In this document: piece by piece, positions 41,893 to 53,885 of the stretch
Layout of the letters: every line of letters starts with the position of its first letter
Numbering within the stretch: the first letter of the stretch is position 1
Assembly: GCF_009834535.1 (NCBI RefSeq)
Contig: NC_045697.1
Location: forward strand, 89,654,001 to 89,718,000
DNA length: 64,000 nt
Origin: Camelus ferus
Lineage: Eukaryota
Direction of reading: 5' to 3'
Notes under the pieces: model-generated
The model's input: only the letters and a program-made list of their open reading frames with translations
Told to the model about the DNA's origin: nothing
Database searches by the model: none
Position numbers and translations under genes: made by a program

Positions 41893-42109
41893 CTAAGAGG
41901 GGTATCATTTTGGCTTTGTGTTTAGTAATTCATTTTACAAGAAGCCCATTGCTGCCTATTATTTGCTCCACCTTTTAGACAAAAGATGCAAATTACATGA
42001 AGGCCTCGTTGTGACATTAAGATCCAGTCTATCTGTGGGATTGGTATTCTTATCTCTCATAATCTATCAATTTATATTCATCAAAACACAATGTTACAAG
42101 TGAGTCAAC
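41893..42109 (-). pseudogene. Pseudo-exon, 217 nt, one frameshift, phase 0-2
   Basis: ttttgcctttaaatattccag|...CTTAG|gttata; VDSLVTLCFDEYKLIDYE/IRIPIPQIDWILMSQRGLHVICIFCLKGGANNRQQWASCKMNY*TQSQNDTPL. Confidence 0.75.
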
Positions 42110-42248
42110 CTGGAATATTTAAAGGCAAAATTTAACTTTATCACATGCTAACTGGGAGAATAAAAATGAAAATCCAAATCACAAAAGCAATAAAATGCCC
42201 AGTATATTCAAGGGTGAGGAATCAAATAGGCATGAATATTCTAGTTAC

Positions 42249-42467
42249 CGAAGAAGTCAATTTACTGTGAAGCAGAAATAAATCCTCTGATCTCATCACA
42301 TGATATTTGAAATATCACTCAAAATTATTCTTTTTGTTACACACTAACATCTCAATAAAATGTAGCGAGTGATAGAAATAATTTATACAACAATGACCTG
42401 GACTACAGTTTGAAAAGTCTTAATCTTTTTATTCATATTTCCAGTAATCTTCAGGTTGACTTATTAC
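42249..42467 (-). pseudogene. Pseudo-exon, 219 nt, phase 0-0
   Basis: cttgtcctttgagag|...TTCG|gtaact; VISQPEDYWKYE*KD*DFSNCSPGHCCINYFYHSLHFIEMLVCNKKNNFE*YFKYHVMRSEDLFLLHSKLTSS. Confidence 0.75.
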
Positions 42468-42897
42468 CTCTCAAAGGACAAGCTTTTTTAATCTTTTGTA
42501 AATTGATGGGGAGGGGTTCTGTAACTGCTAACCACACAAACTACTAACACTAGGTTGTCAAGATCAAGCACAACGGCCCACCCATCATAGCCTCATAATC
42601 ACCCACAGCATTTCAGCCCAGCCAGAGCCTGGTATTCCGTCTGGACCAGCCATATAAATGAAAGTCTGTCTATTAGCAGACCTGGCCCCCAAACTTAAGT
42701 CAGTTAAGTAATCCAAAGTCATATGTGACGAACATTCCCCACTCTCCTAATTTATAGGCTCCTTAAGGACAAAAAGAAAGTTAGAAGCCAATGGTTGGGT
42801 TCAGCTGGTTTAGTGAGTGTGAAGGTGGCCTCTTGCAGAGCAGGGGGTCAGACAGTAGTCTGGAATCTATGCTTTAACTCTAAAGCAGCCATTTCAC

Positions 42898-43003
42898 CGA
42901 GCCTCAGGGGTCATTTTATAGGTGTTCTATAAACATTTTATAGCTATTCTCTGGCTGTTCCTTTTTTATAACTGCCCATCTTGTCCCTTCTGGAGATGCT
43001 GAC
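42898..43003 (-). pseudogene. Pseudo-exon, 106 nt, phase 2-0
   Basis: Acceptor mutated (ctgctgg), donor TCG|gtgaaa; SASPEGTRWAVIKKEQPENSYKMFIEHL*NDP*GS. Confidence 0.65.
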
Positions 43004-43068
43004 CCAGCAGGAGTTAAGTAATGGCTAGTTACGAAGATCAGAATGGATTGCTTTCTTCACCCACTCAC

Positions 43069-43136
43069 CTTTCACCTACTGTTTAATGACACCCAACTGT
43101 TCCCAGCACAACAAAGAGATATCAGCAGGAGGCGGT
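43069..43136 (-). pseudogene. Pseudo-exon, 68 nt, phase 0-2
   Basis: cttgtttgtcctttcag|...GAAAG|gtgagt (consensus splice sites); TASC*YLFVVLGTVGCH*TVGE. Confidence 0.75.
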
Positions 43137-43324
43137 CTGAAAGGACAAACAAGAGGAACCTGAGACCTGAAAATCTCACTTCTGCCACTTTGTGAATAAA
43201 TGGCCCATGCTACTGTGCTTCCTTGAATACTGGCAGGGGTGTATTTAATTCAGAAAAAAATGCAACTGAATCTGATATGGGAAGTACCATGGCAAGGTAC
43301 AAAAGACTTGGTAAGGTTTCCTAC

Positions 43325-43473
43325 CTTGTCATTCTGAGAGATAAATAAAATTAAAATTGTTTAACTGAGGTATAGTTGATTTAAGTAAAATTCTTTGCAT
43401 AGTTCTCACATAACAGTTAAGGAAAAATTCAGTGCCCAAACACTTTTGAGATTATGTGTCTAAGCAATCTATG
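43325..43473 (-). pseudogene. Pseudo-exon, 109 nt after removing a 40-nt L1 stub plus TSD, phase 2-0
   Basis: tatttttccgtctgtag|...GACAAG|gtagga; IDCLDT*SQKCLGTEFFLNCYVRTMQRILLISQNDK once the insertion is removed. Confidence 0.7.
43353..43381 (-). mobile_element. About 30-nt L1 terminal stub with TSD inside a pseudo-exon
   Basis: ttaactgaggtatagttgattt flanked by taaataaaatt (43342-43352) and taagtaaaatt (43382-43392). Confidence 0.7.
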
Positions 43474-43520
43474 CTACAGACGGAAAAATAATACTTAAAC
43501 TTATGTTTGTCTTAAAATAC

Positions 43521-43583
43521 CACAGAATTTTTAGTTTCTGTCCAGTCTAGCTCTGATGTATTTTAAATTTCAATACAGAAACA
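43521..43583 (-). pseudogene. Pseudo-exon, 63 nt, phase 2-2
   Basis: catttctatccacag|...CTGTG|gtattt; VSVLKFKIHQS*TGQKLKIL. The following intron is only 47 nt, which lowers confidence. Confidence 0.45.
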
Positions 43584-43625
43584 CTGTGGATAGAAATGTA
43601 CAACAGTAAGTAATATTTTGGTTGC

Positions 43626-44025
43626 TGTGATGGTTAGTCTCACAGGTCAACTTGACTACGCTGCAGGACCCGGTTATTTAATCAGACATTAATCTAGATG
43701 TTGCCAGGAAGGTATTTCGTAGAGATGTACAAAGCCGAGAGTAGACTTTAAGTAAAGGAGATAACTCCTGATTATTTTGATAGGCCTCATTCAATCAGAT
43801 GAAAGCTGTCAGAACAAAAACTAGATGTCGCAGAAAGAAATGCTACCTCAAGACTTCAGCATAAAATCCAGCTGAGTGTCGAGCCTTTTGGGCTGCCCTG
43901 TATGTTTCAGATTTGTCACCCCCACAACTGCATGAGTCTACTTCCTAAAATAAATCTCCTTATTTATTTGTTTTGCTGTTTGAATTCTATTTGTTTTGTT
44001 TCTCTGAAAAAGCCTAACTGATGCA
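43626..44025 (+). mobile_element. ERVL solo LTR (MLT2 family)
   Basis: tgtgatggtta..gtcaacttgact...gactttaagtaaagg...cctaactgatgca. Confidence 0.9.
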
Positions 44026-44089
44026 GTTATTAAATTTTACATTTATCAGAAGATATACATAAAATTATCTTAGGAAATATAAAGTGTGT

Positions 44090-46100
44090 ACAGAAAAAAT
44101 TATAAGGAATCCGCACACATACATTAAAGTAACTCTCTGAGTTCAGTGAGTATGCAGAGGATAAGCTCAACATACAAAAGTCAATTGCGTTCTACACACT
44201 GGCAATGATCAACTTGAAAATCAAAGTAAGGAAAAATTTCATTTATACTAGCATTTCAAATAATAAAATACTTGGGAATAAACTTAACAAAAGACGTGCA
44301 AAACTTACACACTGAAAACTACAAAATACTGTTGGAAGAAAGTAAAGACCAAATTAATGCAATGATATTTCATGTTGATGAGCTGGAAAATGTAATATTG
44401 TTTAGGTGCCAATAATTCCCAAAGTGATTCACATATTCAAAGCTATCCTTTATCAAAATTCTAGCTGGTTTATTTTTAGAATTCATCAATCGAATCTGAA
44501 ATTCATATGGAAATTCAAGGAGTCCAAAATGACAATCTTGAAAAAAAGAACAAAGTTGGAAGATTCACACTTTCAAATTTTAAAACTTATGACAAATCTA
44601 CAATAATCAAGACACTATGTTCTTATTAAAAAAAAAAAGGTTAATATGTAAGATGAAAGATTTGTTAATTAACTCAATGGGAGGAATTGTTTCACAAAGC
44701 ATATGTAAATCAAATCATCATGTTACATTTTAAACATCGTACAATTGTATTTGTCAATTATATCTCAATAAAGCTAAAGGGCAGGGTATTAATTTTTCTT
44801 AAAGACATTGTCCTACTGGTATAAGAAGAGATACACAGATCAACAGAATAGAATTGAGAATCCAGAAATAAACTCCTGTATTTACAGTCAACTAATTCTC
44901 AGTAAGAGTGCCAAAAATTCAGTAAGGAAAGAAGTCTTTTCAACAAATAGTACTGGGACAATGGGAAAGCCTCCTGTGAACAAAGAACTTGGACCCTACC
45001 TCATACGACATAAAACAGTTAACTAAAAAATGGATCAAATGTCTCATTTAAAAGCGACAACTCTGAATTTCTTGAAAAAATATTTATGTGTAAATGTTCA
45101 CATTCAGGAGCTAGGTAATGGTTTCTTATATATGATCCTAAGGCACAAGCAACAAAAGAGAATTAAATAAATTGGACTTTGTTGACTTTTTAAAAAACTT
45201 TGCTTCACAGACAATGTCAAGGAAGTGAAAAGATAACCACTGAGTGAGTGGAAATATTTGCAAAGCATGTATCTAGTAAGAGACTAGTAACTATAATATA
45301 TATAAAAGTAACTATTATACATAATATATAAAAGAACTCAACTCAACAGTAAAAAGACAATTAACTCAATTTAAAAATTGGCAAAGGAACTGAATAGATA
45401 GTTCTCCAGAGAACATGTACAACCAGACAATAAGCACATGAAAACAATGTCCAGCATCACTGGTCACTAGGAAAATTCACATCAAAGTCACAATGAGATA
45501 CCATTACACATACTTCATATAATTTAAAAGGCGCATAATGTAGTCCATCTTTTTGATTACAAACTACAAATTACAAATGTTGGTGAGAATGTGAAGAAGT
45601 TTGAACCTTCATACATTACTGGTGGTAGTATAAAATGACGCATGTGCTTTGGAAAATAGTTTGACAGTTTAAACAGAGTTACTATATGACCAAACAATTC
45701 TACTCCTAGGTGTGTACCTAAGAGAAACGACAACATATGCCTGCACAAAAATTTGCACACCAATTTTAATAGAACCATTATTTGTAACAGCCCCAAAAGG
45801 TAAGTAACCCAAATGCCCATCCTCAGGAATGAGAAAATATGTGCTCTATCCATATAATAGAACGTGATTCAGCAATAAAAAAGGGATGAAACACTGAGAC
45901 AAGCTACCACATCGATGAACACTGAAAATATCATGCTATGTTAAATAATCTAGACACAGAGGGCTGCATATTGCATGATTTCCTTTTTTATGTGATATGT
46001 CCAGGATAGACAAATCCATGGAGAGCAGTGGTTACCAGGGCGTGAGGTGGAGAGAGAAGAAGAGGAATGGCTGCTAACTGGCTGAGTAGTTTCCGTCCGT
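44090..46100 (+). mobile_element. L1M ORF2 3' part and UTR, with a nested L1 3' end at about 44617-44800
   Basis: ORF2 peptides in the ORF track (LKFIWKFKE, WYKKRYTDQQNRIENPEIN); the nested tail is flanked by aagaca at 44609 and 44802. Confidence 0.9.
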
Positions 46101-46114
46101 GTGAAAGTTAGCGT

Positions 46115-46480
46115 AAAAAGCATGTTCTGCCTTTGACTAATTTCTCTTCCACAACCTCCAATTTGAGATTTACTCAATGTCTTTGCAAATTATTTTAGGT
46201 ATATAACAAAGATGATTTAGTCAAGTTTGCTATTCTCTGTTTTCCAGAATAATCACTTGAAGGCACGGTCATGATATGCTCTTATTTGCACAACTGGGCT
46301 TTGATGTGATATTCTGTTCTAGAACTTTTCTCCTCTCCTGCCCACCTCCAATGCCACCTCAGAATTCCTCGTCATGCACCCTAGTTGCGGCCGAGGAGAG
46401 CAGTAAGCCCTATGGCATGTGCTTCTGTTGCTTGCTCCAGTCTCCCCTTTTACCTGAAATGTTTCCTCCCCATTTTGAAA
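46115..46480 (-). pseudogene. Probable first coding exon, truncated by L1
   Basis: Acceptor tatttttcttcattctctag; ATG at 46473 in CAAAATGG context. Reads MGRKHFR*KGRLEQATEAH...VNLKLEVVEEKLVKGRTCF with 6 stops and runs into the L1 at about 46100. Confidence 0.45.
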
Positions 46481-46709
46481 CTAGAGAATGAAGAAAAATA
46501 GAAAGTGACAGAATTATGTCAAATAGCTTTAAATTAAAAGACTATTACTGTTAGTGGCCATTCATCACAAGCGTGCCGCTGGCCACTCTTACAACCTGGT
46601 AAAGGCTATTGTCTCATTTTACAAACCCTCTGCCCACAACTTGCTGTATGTTTTCATAGTTAGAATCATGATAGAGACAGAGATACACATATGGATATAC
46701 AGAGATATA

Positions 46710-46931
46710 CAGTTGGCCCTTGAACAACACAGGTTTGAGCTGCACAAGTCCACTTACACATGGATTTTTTTTTTTTAACTAAATACACTCAACAGTATTA
46801 CATGATCAGAGGTCGGTTGAATCCATGGATGTGGACATTTAGATAAGAAGGACCAACTATAAAGTTTTATGAAGATTTTCTACTGCACAGTGGTTGGCAC
46901 CCCTACCCCTGTGTTGTTCAAGAGTCAACTG
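46710..46931. mobile_element. Tigger2-derived MITE (Tigger2a/MER8-like)
   Basis: 24-bp TIRs cagttggcccttgaacaacacagg / cctgtgttgttcaagagtcaactg with TA on both sides. Confidence 0.9.
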
Positions 46932-47375
46932 TACATACACACATAAACACACAATAAGGGATTTCATGTGGAAGATAACATCGATGTCTAATTTAAAGAG
47001 TTAGAATACTAGCAAATATATAACTATCTCTAGTTGGTTTAGTACTTTATACTCTTCAAACACATTTATCAGCGTTAGAGTGCTCCCTCTTGTCACCGAC
47101 TCTGCTCTCTCTGGTCTCTGACTGGAGGCTTAGCAAGGGTGATTTATCCATGGTTATGCATTTGTTCTGGGGCTAAGCCTGGGACTATGGTCTACAAATC
47201 AAGTGCTATTTTCATTAAACGTATGGAAATAACAGAAAAGATTTTTTCTCATGGATTCAAAACTTCAACTGAGTCTACCTGTTGCAAAGCAGACACTGTA
47301 ACATACTTTTTCTTTATCTTGTATCCTAAAATGGAGAATTTCATAGATTAAAAATCTCTGAATTACTTTCAGGTT

Positions 47376-48222
47376 CAGTACTCCCCTCATCCATGGTTTC
47401 ACTTTCTGAGGTTTCAGTTACCTGATGGTCAACTGACAAACACAGTCTGAAAATATTACATGGAAAATTCCAGAAATAAACAATTCATAGGTTGTACCTT
47501 GTGCACCATTCTCAGTGTGATGAAATCTCATGCACTGCCGTCCTGAGATATGCGTCGCCCTTTTACCCTGAGTGTCCAGCCTGTTCATCACATGGTAGTC
47601 ACCTCAGTCATCAGGTCGACTGTCATGATATCACAGTGCTAATGTCCAAGGAACCCCATTTTACTTAATAATGGCCCCAATAAACAAGAAGTAGTGATGC
47701 TGGCAACTTGGATATGCCAAAGTGAAGCCGTGAAGTGCTTCCTTTAAGAGATTAAATCAATGTTCTTGACTTGATAAGGAAAGAAAACAAACTGTATGTT
47801 GAAGTTGCTACAGTCTACAGTAAACCAAATCTTCTACTCATGAAATTGTAAAGAAGGAAAAAGAAACCTGTGCTAGTTTTGCTGTCTTGCCTCAAACTGC
47901 AAGAGTTACGGCCACAGCGTGTGGTAGGTGCTTAGTTAAGATGGAAATGGCATTAACTTTGTACAATGAGATGGTTTGAAGGAGAGAGATCACATTCACA
48001 TAACTCCTATTAAAGCATTTTATTAAAGTATGATGTTGTAACTGTTCTAAGTTATTGCTGTTAATCTCTTATTATGCCTAATTTATAAATTAAACTTGGT
48101 CATAGGTATCTATCTGTATAGGAAGAAACATAGCATATATAGGGTTCAGTACTATCCATGTCTTTAGGCATCCGCTAGGGGTCTTGCAACATATCCCCCA
48201 CGGATAAGAGGGGGGTCTACTA
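47376..48222 (+). mobile_element. Tigger7/MER44-type internally deleted DNA transposon
   Basis: TIR-like ends cagtactcccctcatcc / ggataagagggggg tctacta; transposase N-terminal remnant from 47714, MPK*SREVLPLRD*INVLDLIRKENKLYVEVA. Confidence 0.85.
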
Positions 48223-48239
48223 TATTGGGATTTTCTTCC

Positions 48240-48810
48240 TTCTGTCATCGTATCAGGAAAGGATGGCAACTGAAAAGATACATAGTTTGTTACTCACAGT
48301 TCCCAAGAGGAGCGGGCATACCATGCCGTGCAAGCCATTTAGATTTGCTTATAGAAGGTAAGGTCAAGTGAGACTTTAAGAAGATTTAAAAGACAAGGAA
48401 AAAGTATCACTTGAGTATATTAATCACCTTATCCTCACCTCTCTCATTCCTTGGAGAAGTGCCATGTTTGTCAGGAGGCAGTGGGAACCAGGGGGAAACG
48501 TGTTCTAAGTTTGGAGGGAAGGAATGAGTGAGGCAAGGTAAGCAGTTTTAAGACTGAGTGGTTTGAATAATCTCAACAGGCTCCAGGGCAGAGGAGCTGA
48601 CCTTAGCTGCCAGGTGCCTGCCCCTGGGGCAGGGGATTATTGGCCCAGAGAGCTAAAGTCCTGTAGAAGAGGGAGAATGTGGTGGGCTCTGACTGGTTAG
48701 TTTGCCTATAAACGTGTACTCATGTCCAGTCCTGTGCTGGCCCAGAAAGGAGCAATCTCTCCAGGATCCATAAAGCCCAGATATCAAAAGATAGTAACAA
48801 GACGTGCTTT
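48240..48810 (-). mobile_element. ERVL-class LTR (MER54/MER76-like) with an internal non-LTR insertion
   Basis: tagtttgttactcacagttcccaagagg...ggaaggaatgagtgaggcaaggtaagcag...gtttgaataat. Confidence 0.65.
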
Positions 48811-51002
48811 ATATGTCCTCCTTGCTTTCTATACTTCAACATCTAACCTCAAATGCCTTTAATTGTTTAAATGACTGACATGTAAAAACGTTACCATCCC
48901 CAGAAGAGAGTATGCAGAGGCAGGCCGCATCACGGATGTATGTTAAATGCATGTCACAGAGGAGCTTTTTCCAGAGGCTCCTCACCACCTGGGCGTGAGA
49001 CCATCTTACTCTGTTTCCAAAAATAATAACTGCGGGAGTAGGGGTCACAGGGTAAAGCACGCTATAGATACTGCCCTGCTGCTTTGTTTATTTCATGACT
49101 CGTCTTGTTATTTGGAACAGTTTTGTCAATGAAAATAGAAACCAAATGCAAACCAGCATTCTCAAATAAACATGCTGGCAGTAATACTAGGCTAATCATT
49201 AGTTAACCTCCAAGCAAATGCCTTAAGTTTTGTCTGTGATATTAGTCAAACACAAAACTTAAGAGAACCAAAAAGTTTCTCCAGGTTTCTGACACTTTTC
49301 TTCTCTTAAAATGTTTATTTTTTCCTTTTTGTTAGCGAACACTGGGGGAAAAAAATCCTTTGCTCTAAACTTTTAAGAGTTTATAGCTGCAGAAATCCTA
49401 CTGAAAATTTTGTGCCCTCTGTTCTCATGTTCATTTCAGTTAAATTTAGAGAATCCGTGAAGGAAAGTGTAGCATGCCGTATCATAGCATAATTGAGAGA
49501 AAAAAGGAGGTTTGTTTATAGAATGCAAGGCCAAATGAGACTTTAAGAACAGTTAGATGTCAAATAAAATTATCATTTAAACATATTCATAACCTTACCC
49601 CCTCTTCCAAATTAAAAAAAAATTGTATTTAAAAATATATAAGCACTATGGTAAAAATCTGTGTTCTTCTCTAGCCAGTGTTTTAATTTAATTCTCAAAT
49701 ACAAGAACTTTCCTCATAATTGTCCACTCATAAAGTTTTAATTAGCCAAATTTCTAAAACATGGCAATCAAACTGCTGAAAATCAGCCACAGTTTTGATT
49801 TACAGGTCTGCAAACAATTACTTGGTAGCAATCAGAATGAATTGCACAGCTTATGTCCAAGGCTTTCTCATGCGGCATAAACACAAGTAAATGGTATGGT
49901 AATTCTCCTTGATTGCACTAGTTGGGGGAATGTAGCAGAAGTAGCCAAAAGCTAGTTAAAGGCATGCTATCTGCTGGGCTACGTGTCAAAAAATAGCTAA
50001 GTATGTGCACTGTCAACTTTATATATATATAATTAAATATAGAATTTATATATAAGTTTTATGAATGAGTAACAAGTGCTATTAGGAATGCAGAGCCATT
50101 TAGTATACAGATACTGAATTTTAGGATTTACTTGAGCTAAAGTGGAATTCAGCACAGTTAGTACAGCTTTCTAATTCTCCCACAGCATAGTGCTAATCTC
50201 CATATGATTTTTGTTGTTTACAAATACTGTGGCTATTCAGGGACAATAGAGGAATAAAATGAATAGAAGAAAACTGATATTCTCATTTTAAAACTAAAAT
50301 TCTTGCCTCATCTTAAATGTTTCCCACTTCTTGTAGCCAAATTTTATGATTTTTTATCAAATCAAACTTCCAAAGAGAAGCTCAGAGTACTAGCAGCTTA
50401 TAGTTACTATGCAAACAAAACCCTAGTAACACCAGCATTAGTACCTCTAATTCAAAGCACAAACACCATAAAGCTAATACCGTGGTGCTTAGGTTCAAAG
50501 TAGGATTTCAACCTTCAAAACATCTCTCTTATTCAGCTGGAGTTCTGAAGGATCAGGTCACTGGTATCAGGACATCCTGAAGAATGTCAAAAGGGAACTA
50601 ACATCCCGGATTATGGGGATTTTCATATTAGATTAAAAGAAGAGTGAAATACAGCACAAAGAATGTCAGATATATGACTGAAAAAACACTTCAGATGAAG
50701 TTTCCATCTTCTGCTTGAACTAAGGCTGTGTCATGTATTCTATGGTGCAGAGGGTAGGTGGAATACTATTAGAGCAAGAAAAAGCTCCTCCAAAGAATAT
50801 GGCAAGAGTGATGGTGGATTCTACTCTTCTAAAAAATGTTAAAACAATAATAAAATACAAGGCTATTCTCTAATGTGCAACAACATCAGAAAAGACAAAA
50901 ATAGTATCTTAAATTAGTAAATTAAATTTTAAGGCTGAAACAAGCTAATTATCTACTTTTAGCCCTTATGTTGGGAACAAAAGATGATATACCAAATTCC
51001 TA

Positions 51003-51197
51003 ATATTTAAGGTGCATATACTGGGTACCAGGCTTTGTGCTAAGAAAATTATGAACATAAATTTATTTATTTCCAGAAAAACCCTCAACTGTAAGAACTA
51101 TGAATAGTCCCTTTTTACTAAAGAAGAAATGCAATCTTAGAAGAATAAGTAACTTCCCCAAGTTCAACCAATTAAGTGATTGAAACAGGATGCAAAG
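51003..51197 (-). mobile_element. MIR SINE
   Basis: taccaggctttgtgctaag...agaaatgcaatcttagaagaataagtaacttccccaag. Confidence 0.6.
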
Positions 51198-53741
51198 GGC
51201 TCAAAAATTATCTAAGGGTGACATTTAAAAACATATCCAAATATTGTCAATAATTTATGCTTCATTAAGAATAAATTTCAGAGCATTTCTGAAAGGCAAT
51301 TTTATATTATTAAAAAAAATTTTACCAAAAAATAGAAAGACTACCAGTAGAATTTAATTTCCTCTAATTATGTGTAAATACCATGTTGAGACATCTCTCA
51401 TCACACTGCTAAAACTGTAAGGAGGCACCTTCAACAGTTTTTTAACTAAGAAGTGGTACATTTTCGCTCGGGAACTCTATAAAGTCCGTTCACATCAGAA
51501 AGACTGTAGGAGTGATCAGGGGATTGTGTTTTTTGGGTTTTTTTCTTTTTCGGTTTTCTCCCCCCCCAGTGGTAGAGGTTATGGAGGAGGAAGGAAACGA
51601 TAGAAGTTGGAAAGGTTTATCATGATGCTGGTTCATGCCTTATACGGGAAATTTCTCTCTTAACAGGGTCAGATTTTGACCAGGGTCAATGGAAAATAAT
51701 TTTGAATCTTGAGAAAATTACAGGGTTTATCTTACAGTCTTGGAAGGTACATCTGTAAGGACACTCAAATAAGCCGTCACGTTATTGCTATTTCTTTAGA
51801 AAAGCCAAGTAAATAAGTATACGGGGATTACATCAATTTAAGCAGAAGTTCCTATCCAAAGCTCAAGACTGGATGAAAACAGGGTGAAACTTCCCGAAAG
51901 GCAGATGGTGTTTCTACTCTAACGGTTAACTTGACAACAGAAGGGAAGAAATGAAAAAAGCAAACTTTAGATCATCCTGGTTTGTAGTTCTCTCAGTAAT
52001 GACTAAGTATAATATCTCAGGCAGGATATCATTTAATCTGTCTGAACTTCAGTGTCCTTATCTATGAAAGATATATATACAATACCAAAAATGGTTATAA
52101 ATAATGCCTGAGAGGGTAAGTGTTCCAAAACCAGCAACTATTATTATCATTAAGGCAACTGAAGCTTTAGCCTTACAACTATTTTTAGTAGTTGCTTTGG
52201 GTCTCCATTTTAGCAGTGCTTCCTCAAAATTATTTCTTAAAATATTAGATTTGAGATAAAAATGTGGGGACCTTTTAAAGTAAAGATTATAAAACAACGT
52301 AAGTTGCAAATTTACTAAAATGGGAGTAGACTAATATAATATATAAACATTCCCCAAATTACTTTAAGTGTGGTATCTTTTTATTTTTCCTGTATGGTAT
52401 TGATTGAACCCTGAGAAAATACAATTGTAATGAGTGTATATTACTTTTTCCTATGTGTTTTTTTGCAATAACCGGTAGAACAATCATAAACTGAATAAAT
52501 GTATACACTGGCAGAAAACAGGGCACAGACACAGGTACTTGGAAGACTTAAATTGATCTAGAAGACCTCCCAGTACCTCCCAGTTAGACTCAGTAGTCTC
52601 TGAGAATAAAGCTGGGTTAAGCTTTCAAACTTCTGAATTCTACAATAAAGCAGAGGCTTAGGAAATTCTTTTTTCCTTTCCATTAATTCATATAGGCACT
52701 TCTAATCGATATTCAAATTAAAAAAGTGGTTTAAAAAACACCCAATTTCTCCCTCATAAGCTTGAACAGATTTCAGGGTTAAACAGTGCATAAAATCCCA
52801 AGGATAAAAAAGTAGAAAAGCTCTTTATCTCCATCCTGTTTATTCATCATATAAGACTATCCGTTGATATAGGCACATGTTTATCCTAGAGCAGTGGGAG
52901 GGGAGAAAGGAAAGGCTGGATGTTTTATTTCAGTAAAGGGTAACTACTACTTGAACTAAAATAAAGAAGAAAATAGAACTCTTAGTAGAAGACTGGGGGA
53001 AGAACATGGAACCTAAAGTATATATTCATTCTCTGGATAAAATCTGAGTGCCTAGTGTTAGGCTAGGTGCTAGACATGGAGCAGTTATGAAAACTGAAGC
53101 AGTTTTTGCTTGTGCTTTAATATCTGCTTATTTTCCTTAGAAATCAGAAGTGTAATGTGAAATGACTAGAGAGATTAAACTTGGGGGAACAAAAATAAAA
53201 GGTAAGAGTCCTGAGAGGTCAGTATTTATACTGTCCTTCCTTCCTTCATTCATTCACATGTGATTCCCCCAGCGTCAAATGTTGCTGAGAAAGTAAGGAG
53301 AGGAGAGAAAGTAAGGAGAGGGAAATTTACCAAGGACAGTATTTAGTGGAGTGACAGCCCAGAGGCCATTTTGCAGTGGGTTTAAAAGAAACTGTTAGAT
53401 GAAGAAACGGACACACTAATTGCGAACATCTCATTTGAGAAGCTGGCTCCAAAGACAAGAAGAAACTACAGCCATAACTGGTCTGTTAATTCTATTTCAA
53501 TTGGATAAATGCAAGTGTTTAATGGAGAAATTTGAGACTTAAAAAGTGAATGCAGGGAATTATAGTTGAGAGAGAGAAACTAAATATACTGGCAAGAGAA
53601 GGGATAATATCAGTGTAAATTTCTGAGGAATTAGGAGGAGAAAGAAAAGAAATATACTTTCTATAGGCAAAAGAAATATATTTTCTATACTTTCTCCTGC
53701 TTTCAAAGGAGAGAGAGCATCAACTTGTGTCTTCTTCATTT

Positions 53742-53885
53742 CAGCGCTACTCTACTGTTAATATGCCCCAAACCACCAGGGAACTTGTTAACTGCAGATT
53801 TAGATTTGGTAGGTCTACATTTCTAACACATTTCCAGGTGATGCCCATGCTGCTGGTAGGCAACGCACATCTGGAGTAATGAGGC
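53742..53885. mobile_element. MER5-type hAT-Charlie element
   Basis: catttctaacacatttccaggtgatgcccatgctgctggt. Confidence 0.7.

Larger units (their letters stand above)
31056..46480 (-). pseudogene. Decayed multi-exon (non-processed) gene, about 18 exons, ankyrin-repeat-containing protein of unknown identity
   Basis: Manual reverse-complement reading gives a chain of exons with polypyrimidine-AG acceptors and GT donors. Phases match across most consecutive junctions, translations are protein-like with 0-6 stops per exon, and L1 insertions interrupt four exons. Confidence 0.85.

Noticed and set aside
42615..42680. Possible extra minus-strand exon inside the pseudogene
   Set aside because: Poor pyrimidine tract and immediate stops in phase 0; the flanking exons already join in phase.
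43325..43333. Apparent 9-nt microexon with ATG
   Set aside because: Its pyrimidine tract is created by an L1 stub and TSD; removing them restores a 109-nt exon.
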